Shown here piece after piece: positions 50,022 through 59,905 of a DNA stretch of 64,000 bases. This stretch comes from an uncultured Desulfarculus sp. (GTDB taxonomy: Bacteria > Desulfobacterota > Desulfarculia > Desulfarculales > Desulfarculaceae). The notes under the pieces are model-generated. The model searched no databases. It was given only the letters and a program-made list of their open reading frames with translations, and was not told where the DNA came from. The DNA is taken from positions 2,176,001-2,240,000 of the forward strand of contig CAXXUK010000001.1 in the NCBI GenBank assembly GCA_963665125.2, given 5' to 3'. Positions within the stretch are counted from its first letter, which is position 1. Every line of letters starts with the position of its first letter. The translations under genes and the position numbers were made by a program.

Positions 50022-53000
50022 TCATGGATTGCCCAGGTTGACGTTTCTGGTGCGTTGATAAATGCCTTCGGCCGCCTCTACGGGATTGCCCCTACAGGTC
50101 TCGCCGCCATCGGTGAGCATGATTATGCGGCCGGTCTGGCCCCTGGCCGACTGGCGCAGGTAGGTGGCCGCGAACTGCATGGATTTGGCCACCGGAGTCG
50201 AGCCGGAAGGCCCGAAGCCCAGCTTGGAGGTTATGTCGCCCGGGTTGGTGGTAAAGCCCTGCATCAGTCTGATGTTGCTGCAGTCAAAGAACACCACCAG
50301 GGCCCATTCCTCCTCGCCCTGATCCGAGGGGTAGCCGCTCAGGGCCGCCCGCACCGCGGCCTTGGCCTTGCCGATCTTGTTGTTGCTGCCCATGGAGCCC
50401 GAGGCGTCCACCACGAACACCGTGGAGCGCTTGATCATGACCGTCGGCAGCTTCACCGATATCTTGCTGGCGTCGTAGACCACGTTTTCGCCGCCGGGCC
50501 CCGACTGGTCGCCGGGGTAGGTGGCGGTTATGGTCTGCTGATCCGTTCCGGTGTTGCGCCAGCCGATCATGCCCGTGCCGATGGGCATATCCACCGTGGC
50601 CGATGTCACCGCGCCGCTGGCGCCGAACGACCCGCCCGTGGCGCTCATCTCGGCCTTGCCCTTGCGAATGGGACGGCCGTATTCATCCACCAGGGTAAGC
50701 TCAAGGCGGTAGACCCCGGCTTTGTCCACAAGAACCGGCGTCATTTGCAGGTTGCTGGCCTTGAGGTCCTTGGGCGGCAGGGGCACCTTCTTGCTGCACG
50801 GCTCGTACATCAGGTCCGGCTTGGCCGGGTCCGTCTCGTCGCCGCTGTAGGAAATCAACAGCGTGCCCTTTTCCCGGGCCACCTCGCCCTTCCACACCAC
50901 CGTGACCGGCTTGCCCGCCAAGGGCACCTCGGTGGGATCCACCGCGCCCAGGTCGGCGGCTAGGCTGATGGAACCGGCCGAGACCGGCGCGGCGGTGTTG
51001 TCGAACACCGCTATCGTGATGGGGAACTCGGCGTTGGCCTTGGTGCCCTTCATGGCCCCGACCTTGACCTCGATGTAGGTGGGCCGGGCCAGTTCGGTCG
51101 GTACGATGATGCTTTCCTTGCAGGCCAGGTATTTGCTGTCGTTCTTGGCCGGGTCCGGTTCATCGCCCAGGTATTCCACGTCGATGAGGTCTTGGCCCTT
51201 AAAGCCGTCCGGCGGGGTCCACAGCGACTGGCCCTTGCCGCCGCTGAGGCTCAGCTTGGGCTCCTTCAGCGTGCCGTTGGCCGCGGTCAAGACCACCATG
51301 CCCGTGTCAACCAAGACGTCATTCTTGTCGGTGACTTCTATATCGATGCGCCACTGGGGCTTGGTCTTGTCCGGCTGAACGGCCTTGAGCTTCATCTTGG
51401 TGGCCGAGGCGCCCATGTTGAAGGTCAGGGTCTTCTTGTACAGCGACCGCTGATAGGCCCGGTCAAACACCGACAGGTTTATGGGCACCACGTCCTTGAT
51501 GTAGTCCCGGTCGATGGTAACGGTGCCTTCATAGGTCTTGGTCTGGCCCGGCTGGAAATCCTCGCCGGGGAAGTTGTTGGGTATGGGGTGGACCTGGCCC
51601 TCGTTGGACCAGACGTTGACGTCCAGGCCGGTCAGGGCCTTACTGGCCTTGCTGGTCAGGGTCAGCTTGTAGGCCACTTTGGCGCCGGGGTGCAGATCGC
51701 CTGGTCCGGCCGGCTTGCCGTCGGTGGTGGCCAGCTCGAACTTGGCCTCGAAGAACTCCCGCACCAATATCGGCAGGCTGAACGAATGCTGCCAGCGGCG
51801 GTAGTCGCTCACGGCCCGCACGGTCAGGGGCAGGCTGTTGTCGAGATAATCAATGGGCATCTTGATCTCGAACATGCGCTCCACCGTGGCCTTGCCGGCG
51901 ATGTCCACGCCCTCGACCTTGTAGGAGATCGTCGGCAGGGGCTGGCCCGTGGAGTTCAGGGCGAAGAAGACCTGCTTCAGATCTTCATCGCTGTTGTTGC
52001 GCACGCTCAGGTACAAGAAGCCGTGTTCGCCGTTGCTGAGCTTGCCGTTGTTGTCGTTGACGCCGGTAAGATCGCCCGTGCCCGGATCCTCCAGGCGAGT
52101 CTTGACCAGTTCGAGGTCAAGGGGCGGCGGCTCAACCGGCAGCAGCAGCTTGGTCTCAATGCCTCCGCCGCCGGCCTTGGCCTCCAGCTTGGCCAAAATG
52201 ACCGCGTTGGTGGCTTTTTGTATCTGGCCGGCCACCGTGGCCTTGACGTCGATCTGCTTTTCGGCCCCTGCCGCCAATGACGGCCCCTCGAAGTCGGTCT
52301 GCTCCAGCTTGACCAGGGGCGAACTGTTGTCCAGGGTCAGCTTCCATTCCGGCGAGGGGGCCTCGCCCACATTGACCACCGTAAGCTTGAGGGTGATCTT
52401 TTCGCCGGAGTTGGCCTTGCCGTCGCCGTTGTTGGGCTTGGTGTCCTTGGGATCGTCAACCTTGTCGGCCAGGCGCACCCGCAGTTCCAGGGCCGGACTC
52501 ACCGTGACGCGCAATTCCATTGGCGTAACGTAGCTCTGGTCTTCGCTGGTGGGCCTCAGGCTCAGGGCCACCACTTCCGGCCCGCCGGTGAGCTTGCCAA
52601 CCTCAAAGGCCAGGGCCCCGCTCTGGATCGCCTTGCCGGGCTCCATGTCGCCCACCGCCCAGATGGCGTCGTCACCGGGCTTGAGGCGCGGGTCGTCCTT
52701 TTGGCAAAGGATCTTCACGGCCTTGAGCACGCTGGGCTCCAGGCTCTTGAGCTTCAGGGCGATGGTGATCTTTTCGCCGGAGTTGGCCTGGCCGTTTTCC
52801 GGCGCGCCGCCCTTGTCGTCCAGGACAAAGTCCTCCAGGACGACGGCCGCGATGTAGTTAAAGTCGGCGCTTAGGTTGTACTTGCCGCCGTCCTTGGCCC
52901 GGACTTCCACTTCAGCCTGGTATTGGCCGGGCTTTAAAGATTTCTCGAATTCATGCACGGCTGACAATTGTTTGCCGCCGTCGGCCGAATCTGTGGTCAG

Positions 53001-53528
53001 CTTGAGGATCTGACCCTTTACCTTGAGAATCAGCGTCTCGGCCAACAGCGGGGTGTTGGCCTTGAGCTTAAGCTCCAGCCGGGGCTTTTTGCCCGGTTCG
53101 GCGGGCTTGAATTCCACCGTCAGGGTGGGTTGCTCGTCCACCCGCAGGTCGACCGTAAAAGTCTTTTCGGCCTTGAGTTCATCGGGCGGATCGGTGCTGA
53201 AGTCCACCTTCAGAGAGATGGTTCCCTTTGTGCCGATATCGGCCTTGCCCACGTTGAATATGGCCTTTGCCGTGGCCTTCTTGCCCGGCTCGACCACCAG
53301 GGCCTCGGGCTCGACGGTGATCTTAGTGATCCAGGCCGGCGTCTGCACGCCGGACACCTTGGCGTTGACCTTTATTTTGGCGTCCTCGGGCAGGCTCAGA
53401 TCCAGTTCGATCTCGTTTCCCGCCGACTCGGGGGCCACCACCAGTTCGGACTTTTCCTCGGCCATGGCGCCAAAGGGCAGGGCCAAACAGAGAATCACGG
53501 CGATTGCCGCTATGATGCGCGCTTTCAT
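50022..53528 (-). CDS. Large exported protein with tandem Ig-like repeats and a C-terminal, incomplete vWA domain
   Basis: Signal peptide; repeats DD...NG.ANSGEKIT; repeats D..G.P...G...W...Y.GD; MIDAS VVDASGS...GSTP...LTDG at the C-terminus. Confidence 0.82.
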   Translation of the reverse strand: MKARIIAAIAVILCLALPFGAMAEEKSELVVAPESAGNEIELDLSLPEDAKIKVNAKVSGVQTPAWITKITVEPEALVVEPGKKATAKAIFNVGKADIGTKGTISLKVDFSTDPPDELKAEKTFTVDLRVDEQPTLTVEFKPAEPGKKPRLELKLKANTPLLAETLILKVKGQILKLTTDSADGGKQLSAVHEFEKSLKPGQYQAEVEVRAKDGGKYNLSADFNYIAAVVLEDFVLDDKGGAPENGQANSGEKITIALKLKSLEPSVLKAVKILCQKDDPRLKPGDDAIWAVGDMEPGKAIQSGALAFEVGKLTGGPEVVALSLRPTSEDQSYVTPMELRVTVSPALELRVRLADKVDDPKDTKPNNGDGKANSGEKITLKLTVVNVGEAPSPEWKLTLDNSSPLVKLEQTDFEGPSLAAGAEKQIDVKATVAGQIQKATNAVILAKLEAKAGGGGIETKLLLPVEPPPLDLELVKTRLEDPGTGDLTGVNDNNGKLSNGEHGFLYLSVRNNSDEDLKQVFFALNSTGQPLPTISYKVEGVDIAGKATVERMFEIKMPIDYLDNSLPLTVRAVSDYRRWQHSFSLPILVREFFEAKFELATTDGKPAGPGDLHPGAKVAYKLTLTSKASKALTGLDVNVWSNEGQVHPIPNNFPGEDFQPGQTKTYEGTVTIDRDYIKDVVPINLSVFDRAYQRSLYKKTLTFNMGASATKMKLKAVQPDKTKPQWRIDIEVTDKNDVLVDTGMVVLTAANGTLKEPKLSLSGGKGQSLWTPPDGFKGQDLIDVEYLGDEPDPAKNDSKYLACKESIIVPTELARPTYIEVKVGAMKGTKANAEFPITIAVFDNTAAPVSAGSISLAADLGAVDPTEVPLAGKPVTVVWKGEVAREKGTLLISYSGDETDPAKPDLMYEPCSKKVPLPPKDLKASNLQMTPVLVDKAGVYRLELTLVDEYGRPIRKGKAEMSATGGSFGASGAVTSATVDMPIGTGMIGWRNTGTDQQTITATYPGDQSGPGGENVVYDASKISVKLPTVMIKRSTVFVVDASGSMGSNNKIGKAKAAVRAALSGYPSDQGEEEWALVVFFDCSNIRLMQGFTTNPGDITSKLGFGPSGSTPVAKSMQFAATYLRQSARGQTGRIIMLTDGGETCRGNPVEAAEGIYQRTRNVNLGNP

Positions 53529-56500
53529 GGCCGGCCTCCGATCTTCACCCGGCCCTTTTCCAAGAGCTTGTTCTGGGCTCCCTCGGCCGCCGGCTTGCCG
53601 TACAGTTCAAAGATCACCACCGGCTTGCCTCCCGAGAGTTTGACCTCGACTTCAACCGGTTCGGCGCTCTTGGCGTAGGCCTTCAGCGCCTCGGGCACTT
53701 CCGGCGTGGCCAGCAGGCCGAACACGGTCTTGGGCGGCGGGGCCTCGTCTCCTTCGGGCAATCGCTTAACCTTGAACTTCACCGCCGCGTCGGGGGTGGC
53801 GATCGCCGCATCGGGCGAAACCTTGAGGATCGCCGCGTCGACCTTCACCGGCTTGATGGCCAGCTTGGCGTTCGGGTGCAGAGGCGTGACCGTCAGTTCC
53901 ACCTCATCTCCCGGAGCCATGTCCAACGGCGGAGCCGGTTCGATCTTGAGCCTGGCCAGATAGAAGATCTTGGCCCGGTTGACCTTGTCGGCAAAGCCCC
54001 TGGCCGCCAGCCAGTACATGTGCAGCGCCCGGTCAAAGTCGGCCTTGTTTTCCTGGACGAAGTCGAGTTGATCGCCCTTGATACGCTCCTGCATCTTCTG
54101 CTTGCGGGCGTCGGCCCAGGTCTTGGGATCAACATCGGTCTCCACCGGCTCCCACCAGCCGTAGAACGTCCCCTCCGGCCCAGCCAGCCAAAGCTCCAGG
54201 ATACGGCCCATCATCATATAGCGGGCCAATACCGCGCCAATGTCCGGATCGGCCGGATCTTCCTTGCTGACCTTGCCCTTCAGGTAAAAGAGCATCGACT
54301 TTATGTCCCGGGGTACCTCCATGATCTCCTGGTTGGTGGCCGCCGTCATGGGGCCGTCCCAGTCAGGTTTGCCCTTAAGCGGCGGCGAGCCGTAGAGCAT
54401 GTGCGACAGGCCCGCGTCGGGCACACCTATGCTGCTGCAGAAGGCGACCAGTTGGTTGCGGGTCTGGACGATCTGCTCATAAGTTGTGACCCAGTTGTCG
54501 GCGATCTTCATGCGTTCCACATCGCCCTTTTCACCGGTTTCCTTGATCTTGTCCAGGGCCTCCTGGAAGTTGGTCATCAGCTTGTCCTTGATGCCCAATT
54601 GCTCGCCGAGGTTGGCCAGGCGTTCTTTATACTGCTTGAACACGCCCAGCTTGGCCAGGTAGCGGGCCTTCATCTCCTGCTCGAACGAGCGGATGATGCT
54701 GTCCGCCAACAGGTCGTAGACCTTTTTTTGCAGCTTGGCCCGTTCCTCCAGCAGCTTCTTGATGGCCTGGAGCTGCCCCGGGGCCAGTTTGGCCGCCTCG
54801 CCGTCGGCCAGGCAGTTGTTGAGCAGGTCGAACTTGATTCCCTGGTGAGTCCCTTCCCACCTGTCGGCCCAACCCTGGGGGCAGTACTTGGGCGTGTCGG
54901 TCATGAACGGGGCCATGGATTGGCAGTTGAACTCCCTCAGGGTCTTGCAGGCCGCGCTCAGGGCCTGGTTGCTGCGGAAGAGCTTGTGGTCGCCGTCGAT
55001 CACCAGGGCCCGGAAGGCCAGGGGCACGCCGGGTTCCAACACCAGCTTGGTCTTGGCCGCCTGGATGTCGTCCATTCCGGTCTGGTATTGGGCGATGAGT
55101 GCCTTTTCCTGGGGGTCTTTTTCAGCCATGCGCCGCACATACTCGGCCATGTTGGGAGTTTCGCTGTTGGGCGGATCGAACATCCCATTGCGCGTATAGG
55201 TGTCGGAAAAGCCCACCATTTGCTCCCACTGATAATAGACCTGGGAGGGATCGTCCTCCCAGCTTTCGGGCTCCTTGCCCGGCTCGGGGGAGAAAATGCT
55301 GGCCTTGAGCATGGCATCCAGCTCTTTTTCGAACATCACCACCTTGACATGGGATATGTAGCGGTTGCCCAGGTTTTCCACGACCATGGGGATCATGGTC
55401 ACCGGGCAGATATAGATGGTGATGGCATAGGCTATCTGGTTGGGGTCGCCGGTGAGGCTGGCCGCGTAAACGGCAGGCAGGACCAACACGTTGGATTTAC
55501 CCAGCAACATGGGCAGAATAATAAATTTGGCCGTGGCCCAGAGCTTTTCGTGCATGGGCACGTCCTGGGCCCAGACGTCGGTCATCTGCAGGTACATGTC
55601 CAGATAGATCAGCACGTCGGCCGAGGTCTTGACCATGGCGTAGGGCCGGGCCACCAGGCTATTCATGAAATCGGCCGAGGTCATGAAATCCGTGGCCGTG
55701 ACCACCTTGGGCGGCGTGGCCTCCATGACCCACTTGGGCACATGCTCCAAGAGGCTGCGGCCCAGTTCGGTCTTTTTCAAAGTATCCTGCACGCGCTGGC
55801 GAATCTGAAGATCCTTTTTGAACAACTTGCCGATCTTTGTCAGGCCCTGTTTCAGACGGCCCAGGCCGCCGGGGTTGTCGGTGTTGGCCGCGATGAATAC
55901 ATTGAGAGACTGCTCGGCTTCCCTGGCCCATTTAAGCACCTCGGCCGGGGCCTTGCCGGTCTTCTTATAGTGATCGACCATGGTCTTCAGCTCTTTTTGC
56001 AACTGCAAAAAGGCCTCTTGGCGCCGGGCCGGCGCGCCCCTGCCCTTGTATGAGCATATTTCCAGGACCCTGGAACGGAAACCAACCTCGGCCATTTTCT
56101 TCATCACCCGCACCACGCGGTCGGTAAAGGCTTTGGCGGTGCCTTTGTCAGGGGTTTCGCCGACCATTCTTTTCCAAATGGCGTCGAACTTGTCCTGGGT
56201 CTTGGCCACTTTGCGGTCCAGAGCCTTGAGCTTTTGGTTTTCAGATGCGGACAACTTATTGGTATTGACCCTGCCGTCCTCCTGTCCCACGCTTTGCAAA
56301 AACAGCACCCGTTCCTTCTGGGCCTCCAGAATCTGGATCTTCAGCGCCTCGGCCTTGCGGGCGTCGTAAATAAAGCCGATGTCCGAGCCGTTGAAGAATT
56401 GTTTCCACTGCTCCTGCTGCATGCCCTGCACAAAGACATCGCCCGAGCGGGCTATGAATTTGGTGGCTTTTTGGACCTTTTCCCTAACTGTGGAGGCCTC

Positions 56501-57478
56501 TTGGGCCTCGTGGATGTGACAGACCATGTCAACTGGAGTCACGGCGCTGTCGTGAATCGTATATCCGCCACTCGTAAAGATTTTGGCGAAATCGCTTTCC
56601 CCACCGTAGGCCTTCCTGAGGTATTTCATGATCTTTTCGGGCGTCAAACTGGCCTTGATGGTGCCGTCCTTGTTGAAAAGGGCCGGATTTGACTTGCGCA
56701 GGGCCCTAAGCTGGGTATAGACGAATATGCTTTCGCCCGGGCTGGAAAATGGTTTGCCCGTCACGGGGTTGATGATCTTGAGGTTTTCCACGCTGATTGT
56801 CACGGGCTTGCCGCCGGCGCCGGCGACGTCCATGGACTGGAAGTTCTTCATCTCCGTGAGGGCCCATTTGCGGCCGCCGGTGGAGATGTATACCCCGGCC
56901 TCTTTTTCATAACCCAGTCCGTTGACGATAACGTCCAGGCTGGCCGCCGAGACGCCCAGTTCGCGTTGAAAAAGGTCGTTGCAGCGCTTGATCAGACCAC
57001 TGTTGGGATTTGCGTCGTTTTTATCCAGGGCGAACAGGGTCCAGTCGAAGTCTCCGTCAAAGGTGAGGTCCTTGACGGCCTTGATGGACCATTTGCCGCT
57101 GTCGGCATAGCCGTAGACCGAGCCCAGGCCGCCCCCCGAGTTGATGACCTGGTTGCGCACATTGGTTACCACGCCCCTGACCGTGGACATGAGCTGATTT
57201 TCCACGCCTGAGACCTGGCCCCACTGGCCGCTGTTGTTCTTGCGCAGGGCTCTGAGTTTTTTGAACACCGGCTCTCCGGACGGAGGCTGGCTGGCCATAT
57301 ATTCAAAAAAAGCCTTGGCGCTGCCCTTGGCCTTGCCAGGAGAAAAGGCGTCGGGCTCCTGGGAAAGCTTGAGCATGTAATCAAAAGCGTTCTGCGGATT
57401 ACTGACGGCCCAGGCGGGCACCGCCGACAGCACGATGAGTGCCGCCAGTACGGCCAGCAAGCGGCGCATTGGAAACAT
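53525..57478 (-). CDS. Large exported hypothetical protein (1317 aa); nucleotidyltransferase-like motif, central hydrophobic segment, beta-rich tail
   Basis: AAGGAG RBS before ATG 57478, signal peptide ending VPAWA, and ATGA overlap with the next gene. The function is inference only. Confidence 0.75.
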   Translation of the reverse strand: MFPMRRLLAVLAALIVLSAVPAWAVSNPQNAFDYMLKLSQEPDAFSPGKAKGSAKAFFEYMASQPPSGEPVFKKLRALRKNNSGQWGQVSGVENQLMSTVRGVVTNVRNQVINSGGGLGSVYGYADSGKWSIKAVKDLTFDGDFDWTLFALDKNDANPNSGLIKRCNDLFQRELGVSAASLDVIVNGLGYEKEAGVYISTGGRKWALTEMKNFQSMDVAGAGGKPVTISVENLKIINPVTGKPFSSPGESIFVYTQLRALRKSNPALFNKDGTIKASLTPEKIMKYLRKAYGGESDFAKIFTSGGYTIHDSAVTPVDMVCHIHEAQEASTVREKVQKATKFIARSGDVFVQGMQQEQWKQFFNGSDIGFIYDARKAEALKIQILEAQKERVLFLQSVGQEDGRVNTNKLSASENQKLKALDRKVAKTQDKFDAIWKRMVGETPDKGTAKAFTDRVVRVMKKMAEVGFRSRVLEICSYKGRGAPARRQEAFLQLQKELKTMVDHYKKTGKAPAEVLKWAREAEQSLNVFIAANTDNPGGLGRLKQGLTKIGKLFKKDLQIRQRVQDTLKKTELGRSLLEHVPKWVMEATPPKVVTATDFMTSADFMNSLVARPYAMVKTSADVLIYLDMYLQMTDVWAQDVPMHEKLWATAKFIILPMLLGKSNVLVLPAVYAASLTGDPNQIAYAITIYICPVTMIPMVVENLGNRYISHVKVVMFEKELDAMLKASIFSPEPGKEPESWEDDPSQVYYQWEQMVGFSDTYTRNGMFDPPNSETPNMAEYVRRMAEKDPQEKALIAQYQTGMDDIQAAKTKLVLEPGVPLAFRALVIDGDHKLFRSNQALSAACKTLREFNCQSMAPFMTDTPKYCPQGWADRWEGTHQGIKFDLLNNCLADGEAAKLAPGQLQAIKKLLEERAKLQKKVYDLLADSIIRSFEQEMKARYLAKLGVFKQYKERLANLGEQLGIKDKLMTNFQEALDKIKETGEKGDVERMKIADNWVTTYEQIVQTRNQLVAFCSSIGVPDAGLSHMLYGSPPLKGKPDWDGPMTAATNQEIMEVPRDIKSMLFYLKGKVSKEDPADPDIGAVLARYMMMGRILELWLAGPEGTFYGWWEPVETDVDPKTWADARKQKMQERIKGDQLDFVQENKADFDRALHMYWLAARGFADKVNRAKIFYLARLKIEPAPPLDMAPGDEVELTVTPLHPNAKLAIKPVKVDAAILKVSPDAAIATPDAAVKFKVKRLPEGDEAPPPKTVFGLLATPEVPEALKAYAKSAEPVEVEVKLSGGKPVVIFELYGKPAAEGAQNKLLEKGRVKIGGRP

Positions 57479-57757
57479 GGAGCGTGCTCCTTGGCTATGG
57501 GAGTGTTTAGCGGCGCCACCAGGGTACCTAGTCGGACCATATTGGCGGCGTCGCTTATAGTATGCCAATATTAAAACCACGGTTACATATAAAACCCAAA
57601 TAATTATTCACTGTTTGTAAAAGCTTCATTCACAATTGTTGTTGTGCTATCTTGAAATCATCTTTAAAAACCGATTGTCTACAAGCTTGTAAGTCATCAA
57701 TGCAATGTATCGTCAAAGCCTGTGTAGGCTGTTCATGTTTTTCCTGGAGGAGCGCAA

Positions 57758-59905
57758 ATGGCCAAGCTCACAGTTGTTTCCGGCGAGATGGCAGGAAAGG
57801 TCCTTGAGCTGGGTAAACAAGACGTAATCGTTATCGGCAGGGATTCAAGCTGTGACTTTGTGCTGGATCACCCCGATACTTCCCGCAAGCACGCGGAAAT
57901 CCAGTCAACACCCCAGGGCTTTCTGGTCAAGGATCTGGGTTCCACAAATGGAACCAAGGTCAACGGCCAGGCAATTACCGAGCATCTGCTGAAAAACAAC
58001 GACGAAGTCATTTTCGGCGCGGTGAAATTCAAGGCCGAGCTTCCCACCGACGGCTCAACCAGGGTGCGTTCCACCAAGGTCCGTAGCGTGGCCCCGACCC
58101 TGACCGCATCCGACGGCAAGGCCCACACCCTGGGCAAGGAAGTGACCATCGTGGGCCGCGAGTCCGGCTGCGACTTGGTCGTGGCCAGCGAACAGGTGTC
58201 GGCCCGCCACGCCGAACTGCGCCAAACGCCCCAGGGCCTTCTGGTCAAGGACCTTGGCTCCACCAACGGCACATTCGTCAACGGCCAGAAGATCACCGAA
58301 AAGCTCCTCAGCGACGGCGACGAGCTGTCCTTTGACGTCCACAAGTTCAAGGTATCGGTTTCCGGCGGACAGGCCGGCACAAAGGTCCGGGGCACCCAGG
58401 TGCGCCCGCCCGCCGGCGAAGCGGCCGCCGCGCCGCCAAAGGCTCCGGCCGCAGGCGGCGGCAAATCAATGATGCCGCTGATCATTGCCATCGTGGCTGT
58501 AGTAATTATCGCCGGCGGCGCGGCCGCCTGGTATTTCAAGGCCGGTCCCGGCGCGGACAGCAAATCCCTGGGCGGCTCGCCCACTGCAACCCAGGCGGTG
58601 CAGACGGTCCAAACGCCCGCGACCACCGGCACCCAGGCCGTCGTGGCGCCGCCCCCCGTCACCGCCCCCACCCAGGCCCAGCCTCCCCGTCAGGTCATTG
58701 ACCGCCTGGTGTTCAACCATGTCTGGTCCTACACCACCGGCGACAAGGTTTTCTCGTCACCGGCCATCGGCGATGTCAACGGCGACGGCGTGCTGGATGT
58801 GGTGGTCGGCTCCAACGACAACATAATCTACCTGCTTGACGGCAGGCAGGGCGGCCTGCTCTGGCGCTTCCGCACCGACGGTCCGGTGCAGAGTTCGCCC
58901 CTGTTGGTGGATCTGACCAACGACGGCACACCGGACGTGGTCTGCGGCACCGACGGCGGCAGGGTCTACGCCCTGGACGGCGAGGGCCGCAAGATATGGG
59001 AAGCCCCCGAAGACCTCAAGCCCGGAGCCGGTAACGAGTTCCAGTCTTCACCAGCCGCGGCTGAACTCAACGGCCGGGGTCCGGTTGACATCATCATCGG
59101 CTGCCAGAACGGCCAGGTCTACGGCTTCAGCGGCGACCGTGGCTGGAAGCTGTGGGAAAGCGGCTCCATCCTCAAGGCCGGCGCCTTTGCCACCCCGGCC
59201 CTGACCGACGCCAACGGCGACGGCACGGCCGACGCCCTCGTCGGCAGCCTGGACAAGAACTTCTACTGCATTTCCGGCAAGAACGGCTGGAAGCTGTGGC
59301 AATTCCCCACCAAGGGAGCCATCAAGGCCTCGGCGGCCATCGGCGACCTGGACGGCGACCGCAAGCCAGAAGCAGTGGTGGCCAGCACCGACGGCACGAT
59401 CTACGCCCTGCACGCCGCGGACGGCGTGGAGTTGTGGCGCTATGAATCCAACGTGCCCATAGAGTCTTCGCCCGAACTGGCCGACCTCAACCGCGACGGC
59501 ACCCTGGATGTGCTGGTGGCTTTGACCAACGGCAAGCTCACCGCCCTCAACGGCAAGAACGGCCTGCGGGTGTGGGAATTCGACATGAACGGCGCCAAGG
59601 TGGTTTCCAGCCCGGTGATCTACGACCTCAACGGCGACGGCGTTGACGATGCCATCGTCGCCGACTCGGCGGGCGTGATTCACGCGGTCAGCGGCACCAC
59701 CGGCTGGGAATTGGCCAACTTCTCTCTCAACGCCGGCGTGGTTTCTTCCCCGGCCCTGGCAGATGTCAACGGTGACGGACTTCTGGATGTCATCGTGGGC
59801 GTGGAGGACAACAACGTGGTAGTGCTCACCCTGAACGTGCCTTCGGCCAAGAATGCCATTGTCTGGCCGAATTTCCGGGCCAACAAGGCCCGCACGGGCA
59901 AGTAG
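57758..59905 (+). CDS. Membrane protein: FHA-FHA-TM-Pro/Thr linker-FG-GAP/PQQ-like beta-propeller
   Basis: Two FHA domains (GR...SxxH...DLGSTNGT.VNG), TM helix LIIAIVAVVIIAGGAAAWYF, and repeated SSP...DxNGDG..D...G...G..YAL.G..G..LW blades. Confidence 0.9.
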   Translation: MAKLTVVSGEMAGKVLELGKQDVIVIGRDSSCDFVLDHPDTSRKHAEIQSTPQGFLVKDLGSTNGTKVNGQAITEHLLKNNDEVIFGAVKFKAELPTDGSTRVRSTKVRSVAPTLTASDGKAHTLGKEVTIVGRESGCDLVVASEQVSARHAELRQTPQGLLVKDLGSTNGTFVNGQKITEKLLSDGDELSFDVHKFKVSVSGGQAGTKVRGTQVRPPAGEAAAAPPKAPAAGGGKSMMPLIIAIVAVVIIAGGAAAWYFKAGPGADSKSLGGSPTATQAVQTVQTPATTGTQAVVAPPPVTAPTQAQPPRQVIDRLVFNHVWSYTTGDKVFSSPAIGDVNGDGVLDVVVGSNDNIIYLLDGRQGGLLWRFRTDGPVQSSPLLVDLTNDGTPDVVCGTDGGRVYALDGEGRKIWEAPEDLKPGAGNEFQSSPAAAELNGRGPVDIIIGCQNGQVYGFSGDRGWKLWESGSILKAGAFATPALTDANGDGTADALVGSLDKNFYCISGKNGWKLWQFPTKGAIKASAAIGDLDGDRKPEAVVASTDGTIYALHAADGVELWRYESNVPIESSPELADLNRDGTLDVLVALTNGKLTALNGKNGLRVWEFDMNGAKVVSSPVIYDLNGDGVDDAIVADSAGVIHAVSGTTGWELANFSLNAGVVSSPALADVNGDGLLDVIVGVEDNNVVVLTLNVPSAKNAIVWPNFRANKARTGK

